Made by a program: the position numbers and the translations under genes | Assembly: GCA_040437565.1 (NCBI GenBank) | Contig: JBDOQK010000080.1 | Coordinates: forward strand, 62,001-91,917 | Direction of reading: 5' to 3' | DNA from: Albugo candida | Taxonomy: Eukaryota | DNA: 29,917 bases | The notes under the pieces: model-generated | Database searches by the model: none | What the model saw: the letters and a program-made list of their open reading frames with translations, nothing else | Told to the model about the DNA's origin: nothing | Shown here: one piece after another, positions 1-11,095 of the stretch | Layout: each line of letters begins with the position of its first letter | Numbering within the stretch: position 1 is the first letter of the stretch

Positions 1-199
1 TGAAACCTCCATAAATGTCGAAGTACGTGTCCCTCGGCTATTTCATTTTACCTTTTTTTTCAGTGATGAGAAGGTTCGCCTTTTGTACCTGCAAGAGCGT
101 TTTAACGAGCGTGGAAAACAAGTTCCGCGTGCATCAAGGAAGCTCATTTGACGTATAGTTTTGTGTAACGAAACCTGAACATGCTTTCTTCATAATCCC

Positions 200-910
200 T
201 ATAATACACGTAGTTTTGATCCTATTTCAGCTAAATTTTAACATATAGCGGTATCCGAATTAATTTATCAACCAGGTGTATAATCCGATATACCAAGTTC
301 GAATCGGTCCAACACCTTTGCACCATCAAATTTACATGTAAGGTATACGTACCCACACGCATCTCATCAAAAAGTGATTCTAGTGTAAGTTTATATCGAT
401 CTCTAATACTGTCGATCTCGCGACGCTCGATTATAATATATGATTAACACAGCCATCTACAACATAGATGTCCTGGTGCTTTGTCAATATGTTTGCATCA
501 TCCACTAAAACATTTGGAGTGGCTACCCGTGGTCCATCACGAAACCGTTTGAGCCAGAAAAGCACTTCTAAATGACGTACTTTTGATGCTACTTAAAAAT
601 TGATTCACCACATGGCGATATCCAAATTGATGTATTCGTCTAGTATTGATATGGTGTACCGACAGTCAATCGTATTGTTTCATCGCATTGAAGAAAAACC
701 CATCTTCGGCACCGACAACAGTCAAGCCTTGTACGCTTGCGGTCGAAAGTGTATCATGGAAGTTTCTGTTCTCACAATTTTTGTGCTCTTCTCCCGATGC
801 TCTGATAGAAATGATCAACCTCCTATGCACATCAACTCCTTTTTGTCTATGCCTCATGCATGATTCTCGCATGCAGCGAGTACGTAATAAAATGTTCCAT
901 GTATTCATAA
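200..910 (-). pseudogene. Probable decayed gene relic of unknown family
   Basis: Minus-strand translation gives protein-like fragments broken by stops and frameshifts (FFNAMKQYD*LSVHHI / ILDEYINLDI / NILTKHQDIYVVDGCVNHIL*). These loosely and collinearly resemble fragments at 23.6-24.4 kb. Boundaries are approximate. Confidence 0.3.
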
Positions 911-1245
911 AGCTATCATCGTGTTCAAGAAGTCCTTACACTCGTCAGATATCCTTCTTTACCACGCCAACATGCTTCAAATTATTTGGTTTTACTTCTT
1001 TCCCGTTTTGAACTCGTAATAATATGCACTTGGTCATTACTAACCGTGGAACTCATATGCTTATCCAAACTTCGTTGATGACTCGCGATATATCGCAGTA
1101 TTTTCTCCTAATACTAAAGGTTGAATTGCGCTGATTCGATGCTATAAACGAAGTTGTTACAGCATGCCGAAAAGGTATCTTCTATTTTCAGCTCTCTTCT
1201 CCTGTAATTACATCCCGAATTCGTTACTATTCTACCAACTCTTTC

Positions 1246-3519
1246 ATGTCAAGTCGAAGTGAAAGTGTTCGGGTTTGTGTCCGCATTCGGCCACTGAGCA
1301 CTAAAGAAATTCAAGATGGGCACTCGTACATCGTTTCAGCACGTCAAACGTCCGGAGAAGTAACATTGCAGAATCCTGAGACGCATGATCGTGAGCCACC
1401 GAAAAATTTTACATTTGACGCTGCAATCGCACCCGAAGCGACGCAGGTACAAGTCTACGAGCTGGCTGCTGCAGACATTGTGGAGTCTGTTATGAAAGGC
1501 TTCAATGGGACCATTTTTGCGTACGGTCAGACCGGAGCTGGCAAATCCCACACGATGGAAGGATATGCGGACAAACCTGAAGAGAAAGGAATTATCCCAA
1601 ATTCATTTCATCACATTTTTGAGCAGATTTCCGCTGAAGGGAGCAAACAATTTATGGTGTATGCATCGTATCTAGAGATTTACAATGAAGAGATACGTGA
1701 TTTACTTGCGCAGGATCCAAAGAATCGTTTAGAGCTTAAAGAGAATTTAGACACTGGCGTTTATGTGAAAGATCTAACATCTCGTCAAGTGAGTGGGATT
1801 GCTGAGATTGACGCTGTGCTACAGCAAGGAAAGAAAAATCGCAGTGTCGGTGCGACACTCATGAACCAGACATCTTCCAGGTCTCATTCCATGTTTATCA
1901 TAACGGTGGAAGCGTGTTCCAAAGAGGCTGGTCGAGATGGTAAACAGCATATATGTGTCGGTAAGCTCAATTTGGTGGATCTGGCAGGAAGTGAAAGACA
2001 AACAAAGACGGGAGCGACTGGTGATCGCATGAAGGAAGCTACTAAAATCAATCTATCACTCTCAGCGCTGGGTAACGTGATCTCTTCCCTTGTCGATGGA
2101 AAGTCCCAGCACATTCCGTACCGTGATTCCAAACTCACAAGGCTACTTCAAGACTCTTTAGGTGGTAATGCCAAAACTGTGATGATTGCCAATGTAGGCC
2201 CAGCGGATTACAACTACAATGAGACTCTGTCGACGTTGCGGTATGCCAACCGGGCCAAAAACATCAAAAACAAACCCAAAATAAATGAAGATCCAAAAGA
2301 TGCGAGAATCCGAGAATACCACGAAAAGATAAAGGAACTACGTGAAGCTCTTGCAGCACAAGAGAAAGCCCTCCAGGGAAATGAGTTTTCTCCAAATGCT
2401 TCTGGATCATTTGGAAGGGAACCTCAAATCGTCGAGAAAATTATCGAGAGAACAGTAGTAAAGCGAGAAGGAGTCAGTGAAGAAGAGATGCGGAAGCTGG
2501 AAGAGGATGCTCATGCTGAGAAGAAGGAATTGAAGCTGCGTGCACAAGCAGAGATGAAGGTTTTGTTGGCAGAGCAGTCTCGTACCATTGAAGAGCGGGA
2601 GAAATTGGAAAAGGAATTGGCATATAAAGCGCAAGAAAAGAATCGGCTCGCAAAGGAGAAAGAAGAAATGATAGGACAATTGCAAAAGTTGGAAAAAGAA
2701 ATGATACTCGGAGGTCAAGTGCTAGACAAAGCGGCCAAGCAGGAGAAAGAATTAAGAGACGCTCAAAAGAGGATTGAACAGCAAAAGAAGCAGGAGAGGG
2801 TGCTTGCCCGGGAATTAGCGGAGAAAGGAGACTCCAGCTCCCTTTTAGAGAAACAGTATGCGACGTTACAAGAAGAAGTAGACGATAAAACAAAAAAGCT
2901 GAGAAGCTTATGGGCCAAGCACAAAGATATCGTTGCAGACACGGAGGAGATGAAAAATGAATTTCAAGCAGAGAAAGAAGATATACTTGAGACAATTCGA
3001 GGTTTAGATCGGCAGTTGAAATTGAAGCAATTGCTTGTGACGAATTTTGTTCCTGTCGATGTAGTCAGCTCACTAGAGAAGCGAGCGAAATGTGATGCCG
3101 AGACAGAAGAGTGGACACTAACGAGTGCAAATACTGACCCCACATCTCTCCGTCCAAAACGACGTCCTGCTTGTCGTACGTCACGAAGAATTGAAAGCGA
3201 TTTTACATGTCGTAATCGACTTTCAGATCGATCCAATTACCGCTGGCGAGGTGAGAATGTCATCCAACTCGATATAGAAATGCCGGAAAAGCTCACAAAA
3301 GATTTCGAGTACGGCGAAGCAATGGACTTTTATATCAACGATCCAGTTTTGGGTCACGGGGAAGACGAAGAAATTGTTTACGATACTGATTGTACTGTCA
3401 AAAAAGATATTAAAGATATCAATGACCGGAGCCATAAAAAGGGATCAGACAAACTCGACGCAAATGCAAAGGCAGTGACAAAAAAAGTGTCATCTCGACG
3501 ACCGACAAGCACCCGATAG
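1246..3519 (+). CDS. KIF3: Kinesin-2 (KIF3/FLA8-FLA10-type heterotrimeric kinesin-II motor subunit, anterograde IFT motor), 757 aa, intronless
   Basis: N-terminal motor with P-loop GQTGAGKS, switch I SSRSH, switch II DLAGSE and HIPYRDSKLTRLLQDSLGG. Kinesin-2 neck NKPKINEDPKDA, long coiled-coil stalk, and KIF3-type tail motif RWRGENVIQLDIEMPEKLTKDFE. Confidence 0.93.
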   Translation: MSSRSESVRVCVRIRPLSTKEIQDGHSYIVSARQTSGEVTLQNPETHDREPPKNFTFDAAIAPEATQVQVYELAAADIVESVMKGFNGTIFAYGQTGAGKSHTMEGYADKPEEKGIIPNSFHHIFEQISAEGSKQFMVYASYLEIYNEEIRDLLAQDPKNRLELKENLDTGVYVKDLTSRQVSGIAEIDAVLQQGKKNRSVGATLMNQTSSRSHSMFIITVEACSKEAGRDGKQHICVGKLNLVDLAGSERQTKTGATGDRMKEATKINLSLSALGNVISSLVDGKSQHIPYRDSKLTRLLQDSLGGNAKTVMIANVGPADYNYNETLSTLRYANRAKNIKNKPKINEDPKDARIREYHEKIKELREALAAQEKALQGNEFSPNASGSFGREPQIVEKIIERTVVKREGVSEEEMRKLEEDAHAEKKELKLRAQAEMKVLLAEQSRTIEEREKLEKELAYKAQEKNRLAKEKEEMIGQLQKLEKEMILGGQVLDKAAKQEKELRDAQKRIEQQKKQERVLARELAEKGDSSSLLEKQYATLQEEVDDKTKKLRSLWAKHKDIVADTEEMKNEFQAEKEDILETIRGLDRQLKLKQLLVTNFVPVDVVSSLEKRAKCDAETEEWTLTSANTDPTSLRPKRRPACRTSRRIESDFTCRNRLSDRSNYRWRGENVIQLDIEMPEKLTKDFEYGEAMDFYINDPVLGHGEDEEIVYDTDCTVKKDIKDINDRSHKKGSDKLDANAKAVTKKVSSRRPTSTR

Positions 3520-3930
3520 AGTGTACCTGCCTTTCTGATCTTCTGATCTACCCGCATGTACCCTCTAACGATCACACACAACACAGATGTATACGTAAAA
3601 GCGATACATTCGACTTTCTGCGTGTAATCAGAAAATAATCGAAAAAGTATGTGTTTAAAGTACCGTACAGAATTGCGTTACAAAGAGTTCAGTTATCGCA
3701 TTTCTGAGGTCTTTTGTGGTCAGAATTCTGAAGTTATGATACCGCGATTTCTGAATTTAAATATTGTATTACGTCTACAATGTGGTCAGTAGATTGTTGA
3801 GTAATATCTCAAGTGTATTGGACAATCTGTATGCCATTCGCTGCTGACAAGTTGGTAATTTGGAGTTGATGCTACAGAATACCGCCGCAGACATAACACT
3901 TGCGATACTTTGGTTACGAATGCAATACTT

Positions 3931-5376
3931 ATGCTGAAACACAATAGCGATACAGCGGAAAAGTGCGAATCACAAAAGACACAACACGAAAAGTCTGTTT
4001 CGTTTGCGGATACATCGTTTTGTGCAACGAGTTATTGCGAGAGGACTTGTCATTCGACCATGCTGGAGACTCCCTCTTTGGTAGCGTGCGCACCACTTTA
4101 CACAGCCTGTTTAGAAAACGATATCTTTGTGGTCAAACACATCCTCAGTTACTATCAGAAGGAATCGATGCTATCTCTCATTCATTCAATTCGTCAAGGT
4201 GGTTCTTCACCTTTACAGATAGCATGTCGCTTTGGGTATTCTCAGCTCGCACAAATATTACTTTCTCACGGAGCCGATCCCAACGATCACATCAGTACAA
4301 ATCGCTCTGAATCGTGTTTCCATTTGTGCGTTATGCGACAAGATGTAGCGCTACTAAAACTTCTCATCGCCAACGGTTATCGTATACTGGATGCCGATGT
4401 TGCAGCGGCCATTACAACCGGCAATTTGCATTTAGTCAAAGAGATCATCGTAGCCATCCGATCATCATGCGATGGCGATCGAGATGCACTCGATAAGGAT
4501 CGATTCCGACGACTGTATCGAACAGCGTGTATGGTAACACAAGATAGAAAATGCTCGAAATTACTTTGGTTTATCATCAAATGCAACGAAGATCATCATT
4601 CTCGTCAACTATGTCTTTATTGTGTCAGAAAAGCAGTAAAGAATGCAAATTATCCTCTATTGTATGCGCTGGCAAAGAGACTTTGCGGGAGAACATATGT
4701 ATGGCAGTATCGACATCAACGCATCGGCAAGTCCCTTCTCCATGACGCTGTCATTCACGGCAATGCTCGAATAATGCTCATTCTACTTCGTATGGATGTC
4801 GACGTGAATGCAACCGATGTGCACGGCATCAACCCTCTTTACATTGCGTGTGCTCGAGGTCATTGGGAAGCTGCCAAACTGCTACTCGAAAATGGCGCAG
4901 TAGCATTCACTCCCGTGGGACCCAATGCCGAAACGCCATTGCATATATCTGCACAAGAGAATCATTTGGATTGTGTAAAGTTACTTCTCCAACAAAATGC
5001 AGTTGACGTCGACGCACGCACTCTCCACCGATGCACAGCGCTTCATTTAGCGTGTCAACGAGGTAACACCGCCGTTGCTGATTATTTGCTGCAACACGGT
5101 GCCAATCCGCAGGCACTCACCGCATTGAATGAGACCTCTCTCGTGAAAGCGGATCGCATGTGTCACACCAGCACTGTTATGTTACTTCAGAAACACTGTC
5201 AGTATTCGATGCACGCAAACGGAAACGCCGTCGCTGTTGGCGATATCGCACTTCCATCGACCACACTACCACTACGACAATCATTCGGGCAATGTATCGG
5301 TAATTGGATGCAATACTTTACACACAAGAAACAGTATCTCAAATGTCGCCATACAAAAGTACGCATAAAAGAATGA
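3931..5376 (+). CDS. Ankyrin-repeat protein (~481 aa from the first in-frame ATG)
   Basis: Several canonical ANK repeats: SPLQIACRFGYSQLAQILLSHGADPN, NPLYIACARGHWEAAKLLLENGA, TPLHISAQENHLDCVKLLL, TALHLACQRGNTAVADYLLQHGANP. The ORF track starts at TTG 3910; the first ATG is 3931. Confidence 0.9.
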   Translation: MLKHNSDTAEKCESQKTQHEKSVSFADTSFCATSYCERTCHSTMLETPSLVACAPLYTACLENDIFVVKHILSYYQKESMLSLIHSIRQGGSSPLQIACRFGYSQLAQILLSHGADPNDHISTNRSESCFHLCVMRQDVALLKLLIANGYRILDADVAAAITTGNLHLVKEIIVAIRSSCDGDRDALDKDRFRRLYRTACMVTQDRKCSKLLWFIIKCNEDHHSRQLCLYCVRKAVKNANYPLLYALAKRLCGRTYVWQYRHQRIGKSLLHDAVIHGNARIMLILLRMDVDVNATDVHGINPLYIACARGHWEAAKLLLENGAVAFTPVGPNAETPLHISAQENHLDCVKLLLQQNAVDVDARTLHRCTALHLACQRGNTAVADYLLQHGANPQALTALNETSLVKADRMCHTSTVMLLQKHCQYSMHANGNAVAVGDIALPSTTLPLRQSFGQCIGNWMQYFTHKKQYLKCRHTKVRIKE

Positions 5377-5397
5377 TTGTAACTCAATGTATTGATT

Positions 5398-8300
5398 TCA
5401 TTCCTTTCGGCTCAAATACTTTTCAAAAAAGGTTTCCTTTTCGAAAAAGTGTTTGACGTCGTGCAACGCGCAAAGTAAGCGAACGTGTCGCTTCTTCAGC
5501 TCACTCGCCGCGAGGAGTCCCTGCACGCTCAATTGCTCCATAATCACATCGAATTTCTCACGCGACATTTTAGAAATATCACCGCATTTTTCCATAATTT
5601 CTGTAAACATTTCAAACGTTTGATCGACGGAAAACGAAGCTTTTTCATTCGCAATGGATGCATTACGATGCAGACAGAAAACAGCGTATAACACGAGCTG
5701 CATACTGCGTGGAAGCGATTGCATTGCCATGATATCCTTACTCTCCAACGCGCGTTTGATTTCGCGCAACATATCATTCAAAGGCACTGCTTCCCCATAA
5801 CACTTGTCACTGGTTAAAGTGTCCATTTTGCGCTGTAAAATCCGAAAAACAACATCCAATGCAATACGAATATCGCCGGAACCTGCTGCAATTTTGCGTG
5901 CGAGAAAAGAGATCCCATGGCTACTGAGTAATTGATCTGTGATTACTCTTCCACCAAGTCGCTCGGTGAGAATCGTTTGGATCGATTCGAAAGTATACGG
6001 CTGGAAAACGATCGCTTTTGTGGGTGTCAATGGTTGCGAGTTCATTGGAGATGTCGAATTGGCCACATTTCGATTCTGTGACGAGTTTGGAGAGAACGCG
6101 CGCCAATACCGTTCCGTGAGATCGATTCGATTTGCAATTCCGATAAAAACAAACGTATGGGAAGCGCTGTGGACGAGACTCAATAGTCGTAAGAGATTCG
6201 CATCGATTTCACCCTTTTTGACCATAGCGTCGACTTCATCCAATACGAGCAGTCTGAAGGACATAAAGAGATCAAATCAATGAATCGATTCAACAAAGAA
6301 GATCACATACCCCACGCGATGGTTTTTGGTGTCGTTTTTTGTGATTTCAGCAATCGAATCAAACGCAGTGAATGCATTGTCAAATGGTTTGTGTAGCAAT
6401 CTCTCAGCAATTGCGATCAGTAGCGCACTACCGTTTTGCAATGCCAACGCATTCAATCGGATCACTTCCACTTTAAAGCCGCGCGTATCCGTTTCCTCGA
6501 CACATTCACGGATTGTATGATCGACAAGAGCTGATTTCCCACAGCCAGGAGCCCCGGAAATGTACAAACTGGCACCTTCTTTGTGAGAGAACGCATGGTG
6601 TAAGACGCTCACAATCTCTTTCTTCTCATTCTCTCGAGCATGGAATCTTGTGGGAATGTGAGTGCTCTGTAAGGCGCCAAGGGCAGATCGAGCATGGTCG
6701 ACAAGTGTCACAGGCTTTGGAGATGGCGTAAATGTACTCGCGAGATTCCGTGAGAGAGACTGAAGCGGTGTTTTTGGTTGAGACATTTCGTGTGTGTCTG
6801 TAATGAGATTGTGTGATTGTTCGGTGGCTTGTGACGGACGGCTTTCCACATTTGGTGAGATCTTAAAAGCAGATCTATTCGTATGAGTCGGAGTGTATTC
6901 GCTGTTTTCAAACAACGGACAGATTTGCGTCGGAACTTCCAACTCATCGTCTTCGGTAATGTTGCCCGATGTCGCTGATACGATGGATTCTCGTGAGCTC
7001 TGATACTCTCTTCCATTCATATCGTTAGATTCCACGACTACAGGCTTTGTTGTCTTTACAGATTTGCTCGCTTTTGCCACAGAAGAAATTCTTTTCACAT
7101 CGCCGACACAAAGAGAGTCCCATTGTTCGATCTCTTTGAGGTATTCAATCAGATCGAATTCGGAATGGAAAACGTTGAAATTTGGGATCATATCGCTTTT
7201 CTCAATATAACTGGGCTTCAAATAATCATGGCCGAATTTCCCGGGACGCACGCGCCAGCCTTGTGATGATAGCTTGGGCCATACAGTTCGTTCAAATATC
7301 TTCTTATCGTCTCCAGTGTCCTGAATGGCAAAGCAGTTTCGAGTACGGGAACCTCGACTGATGACACACGAGTAAGGAGGCGTCGCGCATTCGGATGCAC
7401 ACTTTTGCTTCTTGGGCGTTGATGAAGTGCTTTTCTTTGATAGTTGTGACTTGCGTGAAGTCTTTTTCCCGTGTGGTTTTTCGGTCGTGTTGCGCGTTGG
7501 ATCACTCTCAGAGCATTTCACGGACGGGAGGTCGTTGTGCACCGATACATTTGGTATGTCGTGTTCATTTGATTCTTCCACAGTTTCGAGATCGGCTTTC
7601 TTCACAGTTCTCTTCACAGCTTTCTTCCGCGGAGTTGTGTGAGTATCATCGACTGACGTATACAATTGGACGTGTTCCGTTCGAAGTTTCAATTCGATAT
7701 CGTCTTTAAGACCGCTGAATTCCAAGTATTCCTCAAGATTGAAGGAGCCCAAGAAATAGTCTTTTCCAGCAACTAATTTCTTCAGATCCATCGATTGGCA
7801 ATGCGGCATCACGTACGCCCAATCAAGACCGTGATACTTCCAAGTCCATCCTCTTGATCTCAATTCTCCTTCGATTTTGCCGAATGTGAGCTTGAAAGGC
7901 GGAATACTTGTAGCAGGCGGTTTTGTGTACTTGGGAGCGATTTCTTCGACGTTCTCAACGATTTCAGGTTCCGTGACATCCTCCGTAACGACTTTACTAG
8001 CTGGTGCTTTATTGCTCTTCCGTGACGTTCCGTCAACTATCTCTTCGTTTTGTATGACGTCACACTCATTTTTCATCTTTTTTTTCGTGTGAACAGATTT
8101 CGATCCTTCTTTCAGTGAATGGGTGGTATCCGAAAGCGTGGAAGCTGTGACAGCGTCTTTGACGGGCGCGTCGGATCGTTGTAATGCTTTCTTCTTCGCG
8201 ACCTTTTTTTCAGACCCAACAGATACATCGAATCCGAGGTAGACACAGCATGCCGACACTTTGGAATCGAACATCGTACTGTTCGGGACGCATTCCATGA

Positions 8301-9349
8301 ACAAAGTATCGGGTTTCACATACCAAATTTCATTTGTGGCTTGCATCGTTGTCCATCCATTCGCTTCCATTTGATCCCAAATGTGATCCAAAACATGGCT
8401 TACGACGAAATGTGGTTCACGAATTGTCATTTTCTTTTTCGTTTCGATGAAAAATGACGTCAATTCCTCGAAAATGACACGTTGACAGGCATTTTCAATC
8501 GATTCGAAGATGTTTTCATTTGGTTTTATATTGGAAAATGTCGCTGTCGGTGATTTGTAAAAGACTTTGCCGTTCTTTTGGGTGACAGTACTCCAACCGC
8601 TTTGTAGTAAATGCTGCCAAATGGGAGCAGTGACATTGGCATTGGATTTGAGAATGTTGAGAATTGTCTCTTTGGGTCCAATCGACAGATTTTGAGTCAG
8701 AGATTTTCCATCGTTTTGTATCTTTTCACTCTCTCCGCAAACAGAATTCTCTTTTCGTCTGACGCGTTGTTCATCGCACGCAGTTTGCAGCAAACCAACA
8801 AAGAAAGTCTGAATCTGTACATATGAAATTCCAGTCATATACTCTCACGTGTAGCCATCCCTTCAATCCACTTACTTGCACTAATGACGTCATACTTTTC
8901 AGTTTGTCTGCTTCCTCCATTGCTCGTTTGAAACAGACGCTTTCAGACGCTTTTGGTAGCTGATTGTCGATGCCGTTTGTCTGGCAATAAGACTCGAAAT
9001 CGTCGATTGGACTCCACGGATGATACACAATTTCACTGGAAGGAGAGACCAGTAGCTGTAAACTTGGAGCTTTGTCGTCGTTTGGAGCAAAACATCCATT
9101 TGGTCCAACACCGAGAAAATGAATGACAACCTCATCTGCAAGAAGAACTGGTTGACGACTACGAAGTGATGATATGTCGTGACCATGTCCGAGAGCGTCG
9201 GAATAAGTACTGTATATGCACGCGGGCCAAAAGGTTGTCATTTGGGTATGACGGAGGAACCAAATGGTAGGCGAAGTGTCATGCTGTATCATCGATTGCA
9301 TCGGTGGATCAGATGTGCTCTTTGTTTGATTTGAGAGATTTCCCGCCAT
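5398..9349 (-). CDS. CDC6: Cdc6 replication-licensing AAA+ ATPase with long N-terminal extension (PWWP-like domain + four GW repeats). Predicted exons 9349-8876, 8814-6311, 6253-5398 (~1277 aa)
   Basis: Cdc6 motifs: SLYISGAPGCGKS (Walker A), LLVLDEVD (Walker B), IGIANRIDLT, FQPYTFESIQTILTERL, ARKIAAGSGDIRIALDV, and winged-helix start SLPRSMQLVL. Two short GT-AG introns join three ORFs in frame: 8875-8815 (GTAAGT...TACAG, 61 nt, phase 0) and 6310-6254 (GTATGT...TTCAG, 57 nt, phase 2). Confidence 0.85.
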
Positions 9350-9754
9350 TTTTTGGTGCGAGAATGATATTGGATTATATTACATATATATACATCTGAT
9401 ACGGATAGATATTACATATCTGCTCTGTATACGTATACTTTTTGTGTATGCTGTTATCATTGCTTGTGGAATACTGTTACAAGCAACTCGAGGATACTAC
9501 AGATAGCTGCTATGTCTACAAGCTTTTCTATTACATGCGCTTGAGAGTTGGCAGTGTGGAATAGCTAGTATTCATCGTATGGATGTTTTTTTAATCAGAT
9601 TAGTGCTTTGTTGATAATGACAGAGGGGTAAACGTTGATCTCGCTCTTGCTCAATCGACTGCTGGTATCCTGACAGAAAATTTGGAATAGAATTTCTCCG
9701 CTCTGATAGTTCTTGCAGTGTGCTCAAATACATCCGTACTATGAACTGCTCCAT

Positions 9755-9890
9755 CAAACAACTCTGGACCAAGCTGATAAAATGCACTTTTAAATTCATC
9801 GGTTATTGGATATGAAGTAATTCGCATGTGCGCTGTCACTTTCGCCATTGTAATCACACAAAAGCGGGATGAGAGATGACTTTGCTATAC
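9755..9890 (-). mobile_element. Degenerate L1/Tx1-like LINE reverse-transcriptase fragment (may extend to ~10250)
   Basis: MAKVTAHMRITSYPITDEFKSAFYQLGPELFDG aligns with MAEAIKHMRSSSSPGMDGLPSAFYQLDPETFGE of the LINE at 29.8 kb; DNA similarity continues just upstream. Confidence 0.7.
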
Positions 9891-11095
9891 TCACAACCAA
9901 TTTCAATCGACAATGATAGTATGTAGACAAATGAATCAGCAGAGTCATTTCTAAAGTACTGATACATTTCTAATGATAATGCCGTGATATCATGCCTTTC
10001 AACGACATTATTGAGTGCCACGCGACGCAAGCAAACGACGAATTGACTGCCTGGGGATCTCTATACTCTGGAGAAGGATGAAGCAATTCGTCTTGGTTGC
10101 CTCGGACTTTATATTTGACCAGCATTATTTGGTGTTGTATACTAATATTGAGCTGCTGCATCTCCAGAGCAACGGAATTACGTCGACTGTCTCGTCAAAG
10201 TTCTTTTCTCTATCGCTTCGAACAGCTCCGTCATTTTTCCGCTTATGATTTCCAAACACTCTTTGAGAAATGAAATACGAGATGCAGAGAAAGCACATAA
10301 ACTGTGTGCAATATCACACAATCACAATTGATTGCACACTGAAGACGATACGATAGTCCAATTCCTTTGTGACATTTGATTTCCGATAGTCACATCGAAG
10401 AATGTGATTTCTCACCGCTTTTTTGCAATTGTACTGCTTTCAAAAGATTACTACGCTCCGATGACAGAACAAGTGTTTGCCAATGTTACATGGAGGCAGA
10501 CAGAAGGGCTCAAGCGGAGATATCCGAGTGGTTTACGAGATAGAAAACCTCCAATTCCGACGCTGCTCGACGAATCTTATGTGATAGAGATGCAGTGCTG
10601 GTGGCAGTAGTCGTCAATCAATACGCAATTAGAGACAATTCCTTACGATAAGCTGAGAAACGTATATGAAGTCACTCTCATCGAACAGAGTTGAGATCTG
10701 TTATTCCATTCTCCTGAGCGTGTAATCAGATACGGAAAGCGCTTTTGCATTTGAAAGTGCAAACATTCATTGTACTCGTGTCACAGAGATAAACCGATAC
10801 AATTGGAGGGAAGTCTATGAAATGAGTGATGAGATCACCACATTCAAATGCCGTACATAGGCTTACAACGTGTCTTGTGGAATACTATCGCAAACAGCGT
10901 TTTGCTTTGCAGGTCGTAACACTTTTATACGCAGTTGCTGTCGTCCTTTTGAATTGAGAAACGGTATGCGTCTCTGCTCGTTTTCATAAAACACCTCCAA
11001 TCGCTTCCATTGACATTCTCAGTGTCCTCCGTTGAATGTCTCTTTTTCGACGCTTCCACTTTCACAATTACTCCATTGGCATCTCCATGTGAGCT

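Noticed and set aside
6277-6279. In-frame TGA in Cdc6 as selenocysteine or readthrough
   Set aside because: It lies within a canonical GT-AG intron whose removal restores normal spacing before Walker B, and the position is not a conserved Cys.
9370-9445. TA-rich, partly self-complementary tract upstream of Cdc6
   Set aside because: Low-complexity sequence with no definable motif.
10925-11095. Reading frame stays open ~55 codons past the THADA stop (possible extra exon or readthrough)
   Set aside because: No recognisable motif and no convincing in-phase acceptor. Cannot be supported without RNA data.
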